A stretch of 64,000 bases of DNA, from assembly GCA_017654855.1 (NCBI GenBank), contig CM030333.1, forward strand, positions 1,798,001 through 1,862,000, given 5' to 3'. The notes below the pieces were generated by a model, which was not told the origin of the DNA, searched no databases, and worked only from the letters and a program-made list of their open reading frames with translations. The translations under genes were made by a program, and so were the position numbers. Positions 56,879 to 64,000 of the stretch are shown one piece after another (positions within the stretch are counted from its first letter, which is position 1; each line of letters begins with the position of its first letter). The stretch comes from Podospora anserina (Eukaryota).

Positions 56879-59866
56879 ATGCGTATGCCTCGCGCCGCCA
56901 ATTCAGGAAAGCGACAGCAGGGAGCAAGCAACCAGCGTGATACCAGGCATGAGAATGGCCTGGTAGGTCCGGGGAAGCGTGTGGTCAAGCAGAAGAGCCA
57001 GAACCAGCTCGATGGCATCTCCAAGCCAACCGTTGACGCTGCCTCCGTGCCGCCTCTGCCACTGCAAGTCAACAACAACAACACCACCACCACCACCACC
57101 ACCACCACCACCACCGCTGCCCCGCCCCATCCCGACGACATGGCTCCCGAACACCGGACAACCGAGATGCTCCGCAGGGGCTCACTAGATGCCTACTCTG
57201 AATCTTCGTCTGCCGACTCGCTCCCTGCTGCCGTCAGCCTGCCCATCCCCGACGAGGGTCACCGTCAGATCAATGTGAACGATGCCAAGAATACAAACGT
57301 CCACCGCGACCCCGGCTTGATGGAGCTCGCCATCACGGTCCTTCGCGCATGCCCTCTTCAGGACACCATTGCTATCCTCATCATTCTCATGCAGGCTTCA
57401 CCCGCTGTCTTGGCAACCATCTATACTTTGTTTACGCTTCTTACTTTTGTGCCACCCGTAACCACCAGTTCCGGTCTCAGCATCGCCGAGATTTTCGACG
57501 GCAGTCAAGGAACGCCTTCTCTGACGACCCTGGTTGGAATGGATGTGGTCATGTTGGGCATCTGGCTCTTCTTGTGGGCACCCATGCAGCAGTTCATCTT
57601 GGATCTCGCTCAAGTTGTGATCGCCTTGACCTTGGGCGGCGGTGGCACTTCGAGGCAAGGCACCACGAGCAATATTCTCTTTTGCGTGGCCATGGTAGGA
57701 ATGTCTCAGTGGACACGGCACGCCCGGTGGAGTGGTTTGTCGCGACTGAGCTCGGTGTTGGGTTCCCATCGCTTCCTGATGGCTGATTCAGATTCAAATA
57801 TGCGTGCATTCGAGAAGAAGGGCCCTGATGGGTGGCTTCGAAATATTTTGGGTATTCACATTCTGACTCAGGGTCTGGTGCGATACATCCGGGAATGGTA
57901 CCTGCGGAGGGAACGTCGTGATTTGCAGCTCCAGAGCCTAGCAGACCCCGAAGCCGGAAAGTCCGTTTCTTTTACGGCCGAGGGTTCCTCAGATGCTGCC
58001 CTCATGGCCGCCGACAGCGATGCTCACCTACAAACCAGCGCAGGAAATATTTCGACCAAGAAACGCAGGAAGCAAAGTGCTCTCGTCCGGATCAGGCAGC
58101 CTCTCTGGGCGGCTCTAGCTAGTACCAAGATTGTTATGGTGAAGGAGTATGAGCTTTCCCACGCCGCCTCGGAATCAACCAGTTCGAACGCCACCGATAT
58201 CCACAACCTGGGCAATGCCCCCTTCAACAAGCAGCCTGAGAAGATCTGGATCTGCTATGTGGGTTGCGACGAGGTCTGCTTCAACACCAGTCATTTCCCT
58301 GATCCATTGAGTGAAGACGAGGCATCCGAGGACGAGAGCCATCCAGGCATCGATATGAGTAAACCGTTCTATGTCAGGGTCAACAAAGCTATTTGGCAAC
58401 CAACCCGAATGATGCCAATCGAAATCGGCGAGGAGGAAAAGCAACAAGGGACGTGCTGGACAGGCGATATCTACGGACTTACGCCGCTCTCCAACTACGA
58501 GTGCGAATTCGTCAGCACTCGTACTGGTGAGGTCATTTTCTCAACCAGTGTCAGAACCATTCAGGCCAAGAGCAAGGATCTCGAAGTAGCATCCAAAACC
58601 ACCGGCAATCAACGATCGCATGCCCGCCACGACTCGCCCGCCACGACTCTTAGGGCATCCATTGCTGCAGCTGAAGCGAAATTGGCCGATGAAAAGGCCC
58701 GTCTCAAGTCTGTAAAAAAGGACAACAACCGAAAGCTGAATGCCCTGCGAAAAGAGATCGAGAAGTTGTCCTCAGCTGTACAGTCGGCTGGTGGAGATGA
58801 CGAGAAACTAAGACAGAAGGTGGCGCAAAACAAGGTCCAGGAGAAGCGAGCCGAAGAGTCCATCAATGAGCTTGACGCGGAGCTCAAGGAGTTGGAGGCA
58901 TTGCCCGAGGAGCTGCTGAATGAGTATCGGGCCAAGCAAAGTGCCTGGACATCAGAGAAGGCCCAGTTTGACAAGGCCCGCTCCTCCTTCAAGAGCTGGA
59001 AGGCGTCCATTGACAAGGAGTTGAAGTTGTTGGAAGAGGAAAGGGCTAGCTTACAGGCCAAGCGCAATAAGATCGCGACACGTATCGCCAAGGTCGATGA
59101 TGAACATGCTCGCATCACGGATGCCAATGCTCGGGGGCTGAACGAGGCAGAGCGTCGCCGGCAGGAGCGCGCTGCCCTCGAGGCTGATATGGCCCGCACG
59201 GAGCAGCATCTCAGGGATCGCATCCAGACGCTTCGTGCTGGTAATATCACCAAGCAGGCGCAAATCCACGACCTGAACACCCAGTTGGAAGTTTACATGG
59301 CAAGCTTTCAAGACGACCTGGCTTACGACACAGGAGCGGTGCCGGGTCATTTCCAACCCTCTGCACAGTGGGGTCCGCCGCCAGCTCCTGTTCCCTACAA
59401 CGCTCATGCCCATGCGCATGCTCAACCTCAGCCTATGTGGCCGCCGACCTCCATGGCCGGCCCTGCTCCTTCTCTTCTTCCGCCTTCGCACCTGTCTGCG
59501 TATCCCAGTCCGATCGGACCGGTAGCCAATCCACCTCACGCCAAGACCAGAGGTCGCTCGTCGTCCATGTTGAGCGATGTTTCAGGCTTCACTCAGTCGA
59601 CGGAGGAGCTTGACCGTGAGTTCAACAGCAATGTAGGAGTTATCGGGCACCCCCACCTCCACGCCAACCATCATTCCTACGGGACATCAGGATCAACGAG
59701 TTTGCGAGGCCCACCTGGCTTCCACATTTCGCGGCAGCGAAGTGACGGCCCCGGTGTTGGATCAGGCTCGGGGTCTGGGTCTGGATCCGGCTTCGGCTCC
59801 GGCAGCAGTAGCGTGCGGTCGGGGATGAGTGGTGGAAGCGTCAAGGAAGCCCCCAGCCCTGCGTAA
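56879..59866 (+). CDS. acrB: AcrB-like ubiquitination-network signalling protein (transmembrane region + coiled coil)
   Basis: MPR...RHENGLVGPGKRV.KQKS N-terminus, CPLQDTIAILIIL transmembrane segments, GIHILTQG, QPLWAALASTK, long coiled coil and RGRSSSMLSDVSGFT. First ATGs at 56879 and 56885. Confidence 0.85.
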   Translation: MRMPRAANSGKRQQGASNQRDTRHENGLVGPGKRVVKQKSQNQLDGISKPTVDAASVPPLPLQVNNNNTTTTTTTTTTTAAPPHPDDMAPEHRTTEMLRRGSLDAYSESSSADSLPAAVSLPIPDEGHRQINVNDAKNTNVHRDPGLMELAITVLRACPLQDTIAILIILMQASPAVLATIYTLFTLLTFVPPVTTSSGLSIAEIFDGSQGTPSLTTLVGMDVVMLGIWLFLWAPMQQFILDLAQVVIALTLGGGGTSRQGTTSNILFCVAMVGMSQWTRHARWSGLSRLSSVLGSHRFLMADSDSNMRAFEKKGPDGWLRNILGIHILTQGLVRYIREWYLRRERRDLQLQSLADPEAGKSVSFTAEGSSDAALMAADSDAHLQTSAGNISTKKRRKQSALVRIRQPLWAALASTKIVMVKEYELSHAASESTSSNATDIHNLGNAPFNKQPEKIWICYVGCDEVCFNTSHFPDPLSEDEASEDESHPGIDMSKPFYVRVNKAIWQPTRMMPIEIGEEEKQQGTCWTGDIYGLTPLSNYECEFVSTRTGEVIFSTSVRTIQAKSKDLEVASKTTGNQRSHARHDSPATTLRASIAAAEAKLADEKARLKSVKKDNNRKLNALRKEIEKLSSAVQSAGGDDEKLRQKVAQNKVQEKRAEESINELDAELKELEALPEELLNEYRAKQSAWTSEKAQFDKARSSFKSWKASIDKELKLLEEERASLQAKRNKIATRIAKVDDEHARITDANARGLNEAERRRQERAALEADMARTEQHLRDRIQTLRAGNITKQAQIHDLNTQLEVYMASFQDDLAYDTGAVPGHFQPSAQWGPPPAPVPYNAHAHAHAQPQPMWPPTSMAGPAPSLLPPSHLSAYPSPIGPVANPPHAKTRGRSSSMLSDVSGFTQSTEELDREFNSNVGVIGHPHLHANHHSYGTSGSTSLRGPPGFHISRQRSDGPGVGSGSGSGSGSGFGSGSSSVRSGMSGGSVKEAPSPA
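57071..57115 (+). repeat. (AAC)4(ACC)11 coding trinucleotide repeat (poly-Asn/poly-Thr in AcrB)
   Basis: Read directly; translates as NNNNTTTTTTTTTTT. Confidence 0.92.
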
Positions 59867-60203
59867 CTGCCGGGTTGTTTCGAAGATGAAAGTGGATGTC
59901 AGGCCTTTTTTCACTGATGTCCGTCTTTGTTGACTCGGTTGGCTTTCTTTGGATATGCGCGTTTCTTCACAACTGTACTCGGCATTGCTCCTGCGTTGGT
60001 TGGACACTTCATGGCTGAATATCTGGCGGTTGTGTGTGTGCTTGGCCTGGCTTCTCTTTTTGTGGGGTGGGCATGTATTCTCATCAGCGAAACATAGCGG
60101 GTGTGTATGTGCCTACCTTTGGGGCTCTTGCTTGGCTACCTCCGTAGATAGATTGGATGTTTTCAGCGTTGGATCAAATGCGAAAAAGTTTGGCTTTGAT
60201 ACC

Positions 60204-60222
60204 TGTGTGTGTGTGTGTGTGT
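60204..60222. repeat. (TG)n microsatellite downstream of acrB
   Basis: tgtgtgtgtgtgtgtgtgt. Confidence 0.9.
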
Positions 60223-62259
60223 TTTGTCTGATATTTTTCTCGTCCCAAATTTGAGAGCAGGCGGTGTCATGTAGGAAAGTTTTGGACCAAGTCCGTTAGG
60301 GTTACGCCAGTGAAGTGGCTCGTGGAACATGCGGTTTGGCAACCGGTGGCTTTTGTCATCTCAAGGTTTTACGAAACGCTTTCGCTTGTGTCATGAGGCT
60401 TTACTGTACACAGCTGGTACCTACTGGGACGGCGGAATTGACCTTGGGCGGTGCACTGTCTAAGTGATGTCTTGGGGCTGGCCAACTGTGGATAGGTATT
60501 GATGCCATATCGATAATGCTTGTCCATAGACTCTATACTGCCGTGATCTCTCGCCGACGTTGGCTTGAGTCCCCCCCCGGAAAACTATCAAATTACCCAA
60601 AGGCTTCCAGACTCATGGAAGTTGGATCAGGCTTGTGGTTGGTGCAGTGTATGTAGATCGATCATATGCATCTTGGCACGCCCAGCCATCCTCGGCATTC
60701 CTTACACAAATGCGGGAAGAAAGCGTATCGTATCCGTACCTGCTGTTCCAAACTCCTGCTAATCTGTCAAGTTGCGTCAATATATGCAAGATGACACCGA
60801 ATTGGGTTGGGTATGTGTACACTAGTTCTTGTTGACTGCTGGTGTTGGGTGATTGGTTTGTGGTACGTTGTGCCATATCCGTAGCTTCCGTCAAAGTGGG
60901 CAAGGGGGCTGGATGGCTAGGCTGTCAGGGGTTTTTGTTGTTGTTTTACCCCGCAAAATAATGCTGGAGGATTCTGCGGGGAAGAAGACGGGACAAAGAA
61001 GTCTTTCGAGGAGACAAAAAGGGCGCTAGGCTTGGAACAGGGGTGTGCCCGAGAAGTTGATCGTGATGGTTGCTTGCTGGCTGCAGGAACGGGTGGTTGA
61101 AGATGCAGGTTTTTTTGGGGAGGGAGATGGGGATGAATGACATGTGGTATGTGGGAGTGAAGATTAAGATGGTACTTGATTTGGGGTAGGAAGAACAGAG
61201 ATGTTACGGGGAACAAATGTTGACAGCAGAACTTGACAGCTTCGGTGTGAGGGTGAGTCGAGTCTCTTGGCATCGTTGCTCGGTTCCAGTCTTGTACAAA
61301 CAAATCGGTCCATCTACATGACCTTCTTGTTGGCTCTGCCCAGCTGATGAGAGAGTATTTCCTACACTACGTACTGTCGTGTCGGGACATATCAACCACC
61401 AATGAAGGTCACCGTCCAACTGCCCATGTTCTTTCACCTGGGTGTGGGGCGTTTAACTTTCTGAGGTCCCATGTAACGGCGTGAACGACCACATCCAATG
61501 ACACTTCCAGGTTTTCCTTCCTGAATATCAACCGCCCCCGAGATCTCATCTCTTACACCTGACCTGCGCAAGCGTCTTATTTGGCAGGCTCAAATTATAG
61601 CGAGATTCATGCGGTTCTCAAAGAAAACAATCTAAATGGCATGATAGGAAATGAAGATTGGCGATGTTAAACCCCAAATCGAGAAGCTATCTCCTAGCCG
61701 TGAACTCCTGCATGCTGCTTTGATTCCTAGTGCCTCTTCTCTCTGTCAACGAAAGGTGTGTGCAACAAGACCAGGTGGGGGTGTATGCCGAGGCTCTTGT
61801 TCCCCCTCAATCATATGCAACGACGTTCCACTTTCCCCGGATTTTTTTCCAACACAACGTGAACACACAGATTTCCTTTCCCCGGATGGCGGGTTCCATT
61901 CCGTGGCGACATGCTCTCCCGCCGTGGAAATTCACGACGTCGGTCAAGACCCTAAGCCCGGTTTCTCATGCCTTGGCCTGCCGAAAGAGGTGTTGATGGA
62001 AGACTGACCCACCATCTTCTTCCCATTGATTGAGGGAGGAGGATGGATGTGTGTGTGAATACGAACCAATGGGGGGGTATACCCAAGACTTCTTGACCCC
62101 GAAAGCTGGCGGCTGGATCTGCCATTGTTGAGAGCGAGCATGAAAGTGGATGGTGCCTGGTGTAGTGTGCGGGTGAAGGGACCCTGTCAAGCTGGGAGAA
62201 CCAAGAGGCAAGACCGCCTCCCGTCTCCAAATCACCCTCCCTCAAGCCAGAGTGAGTGG

Positions 62260-62265
62260 TATAAA
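62260..62265 (+). promoter_or_regulatory. TATA box of the CFEM gene
   Basis: TATAAA 190 nt upstream of the ATG, followed by a CT-rich then CA-rich leader. Confidence 0.6.
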
Positions 62266-62449
62266 TCCAGACTCTTCCTCCGCCTGTCACTTTACCTTAG
62301 CCTCTCCCCCCTTCTTCACCGACCATCGTGTTCCACTGTACTTCACTCGCTCTCAAGTACATACAACAAACACCGTCGACACTCGTTCGTCAAGAAACTA
62401 CCAAACCCAACACCAACTAATACTTAATATCCACCCCCCAACCTTCAAA

Positions 62450-63065
62450 ATGAAGTACACCGCTGCCCTCCTCGCCCTCGCGGCCGCCGTCTCCGCCCAG
62501 GACATCTCCATCTTCCCCGAGTGCTCCCTCGACTGCATCATCAGCGGCATCGGCTCCGGCACCTCCTGCGAGCTGACCGACTTCGCCTGCGTCTGCGAGA
62601 ACACCCAGTCCCTCATCACCTCGGCCACCCCTTGCGTTCTCGAAGCCTGCGGTGCCGATGTTGCTCTCAGTACGCCCCCTTCCCCTATTCCCATCCCTCC
62701 CCCCTTACTAACCTTCTCTCCCAGACGAGGTCCTCCCCGCAGTCGACGAGTTCTGCGCCGGCGTTGGCGGTGGCGACGATGACGCCCCTGCCGAGGACGA
62801 CGAGCCCAGCGTCACTGCCACCCCCGCCCCTGAGCCCACCGACGCTCCCGCCGAGGATGATGACGACGAGGACGACGAGGACGTCGAGCCAACCCCTACC
62901 GGCTCCTTCGTTTCCAACATCACCCCTGCCCCCACCAGCAACACCACCATCCCCCCTCCCGTTGAGGAGACCACCACCCCTCCTCCCGTCACTGCTGGCG
63001 CCGCCGCTGTTGGATACATTGGCTCTTTGGGCATGCTCGCTCTCGGTGCCATTGCTGCTCTCTAA
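62450..63065 (+). CDS. CFEM-domain, probably GPI-anchored, cell-surface protein; exons 62450-62669, 62725-63065
   Basis: Signal peptide MKYTAALLALAAAVSA, eight-Cys CFEM pattern (PEC..C...C..TDFACVC...PC..AC...FC), acidic/Pro/Thr stalk and hydrophobic C-terminus; intron 62670-62724. Confidence 0.93.
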
Positions 63066-63441
63066 ATGACGTTTCTCATAACCTGGAGTGGTTAGCGACC
63101 GTACAAGCACGGGGGGGGATACAAAATGTACCAATATCATCTTGTCTCGAGAGAGAAAGGCTGTACTGTACATATCTAGTTGGCTAGATAATGAAGTACA
63201 ATGGAACATGCAACCGCAGCACATTACCACCTGAGGGTGAAAGAAGTATATATGCCTCATCTCTCTACATAAACGACTGGAAAACTAAAGATGATCAAAA
63301 ACCGCCAAACAATAAAAAGTGACTAGTGATATAAACGGGCCTTGTGATAAAATAGACACCATACAAATGCAATTCATCCCCCGACTGACTGTTGTTGCCC
63401 CATGCTGTGCCTACTCACCTCAAACATATATACCCCTTCTT

Positions 63442-64000
63442 TCAAGTATACCTCACCTCATCAAACAACCCAGCCCTCACCTGCACCACGCTCGCCATCT
63501 CAAACAAAAAGCTCTGCAGCAGCACCACATTCGTCAGCACATGTGATACCGACACCGTCTTCTCCTCCACGACGGTCCCCGCATCCGTCTCCCCGTCCTC
63601 AGACGGTGCCAACAATGCATCCTCCCCGCCTCCTTCACCTTCACCTTCAGCGTCATCAGATGCATCCTCCCCGCCCTCCGCAGAGTCGGCCGAGACAATA
63701 GCTGGTTTCCTATCATAGCTCAATGTAATTGGCTCCACTGGCGGCTTGACCTCCGGGATTCCAATCCTCCTCGCCAAGATACTCTGATCAATCGCCTGGA
63801 AAGCCTTGGCTTGCGAGTTGAGGATATCGCCCCGGTTATTCCACGATATAGGCGCCGGGGCACTTGCTACGCTGGTGGGCGAGAAGGACCGGTTGGGGAT
63901 AGGTGTCCGGAGAAGCGTGGCATCGTTCATCGGTACAACCCGTTCTGAAGCCACCCGTCTGGTCTCCTTCCTGCCACGGGGACTGCCTGAGCGACTGGGT
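63442..64000 (-). CDS. 3' end of an FHIP/FAM160 (RAI16-like) protein, truncated by the window edge
   Basis: C-terminal SVSHVLTNVVLLQSFLFEMASVVQVRAGLFDEV motif recalled as typical of fungal RAI16-like/FhipA proteins. Confidence 0.7.
   Translation of the reverse strand, partial: PSRSGSPRGRKETRRVASERVVPMNDATLLRTPIPNRSFSPTSVASAPAPISWNNRGDILNSQAKAFQAIDQSILARRIGIPEVKPPVEPITLSYDRKPAIVSADSAEGGEDASDDAEGEGEGGGEDALLAPSEDGETDAGTVVEEKTVSVSHVLTNVVLLQSFLFEMASVVQVRAGLFDEVRYT

Noticed and set aside
60296..60304. TTAGGGTTA, the reverse complement of the fungal telomerase RNA template UAACCCUAA
   Set aside because: A single 9-mer is expected by chance about once per window of this size, and a minus-strand telomerase RNA would run antisense into the acrB coding region.
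1..64000. Transposons, RIP-mutated repeats, Starship/Spok or het/NLR-amyloid loci, rRNA, CRISPR
   Set aside because: No transposase, reverse transcriptase, recombinase, NACHT or HET motifs, long repeats or strongly AT-rich blocks were visible by eye.

Overview
Eukaryotic, intron-containing genomic DNA from a filamentous ascomycete. The short GT-AG introns with CTRAC branch points and the gene set suggest Sordariomycetes, probably Sordariales/Podospora-like (inference, no search run). About 20 protein-coding genes can be reconstructed by hand, several with exons missing from the ORF track: TeaR-like CaaX protein, metallophosphoesterase, J-domain protein, sterol O-acyltransferase, PRR1-like Ser/Thr kinase, stand-alone thioesterase, FAD monooxygenase, hypothetical protein, cerato-platanin, carboxylesterase, RNase T2, COL-26/BglR-like Zn2Cys6 factor, a small hypothetical, CCR4, LaeA-like methyltransferase, a 4-exon LYR-motif gene, hotdog thioesterase, AcrB, a CFEM-GPI protein and the 3' end of an FHIP/RAI16-like gene. 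I found no convincing transposon, tRNA, rRNA or CRISPR. The region looks mostly like core genome. The best leads are (i) a cpc-1-like leader on acrB with two uORFs and a 134-codon stop-free in-frame extension, (ii) roughly 1 kb AUG-depleted leaders on the J-protein and kinase genes, (iii) a thioesterase plus FAD monooxygenase pair with no PKS/NRPS nearby, (iv) a 14-aa motif shared by two intergenic small ORFs, which may be chance, and (v) a head-to-head LYR protein/hotdog thioesterase pair. All family calls come from motif recognition, not database searches, and none of the leads is established as a new system.
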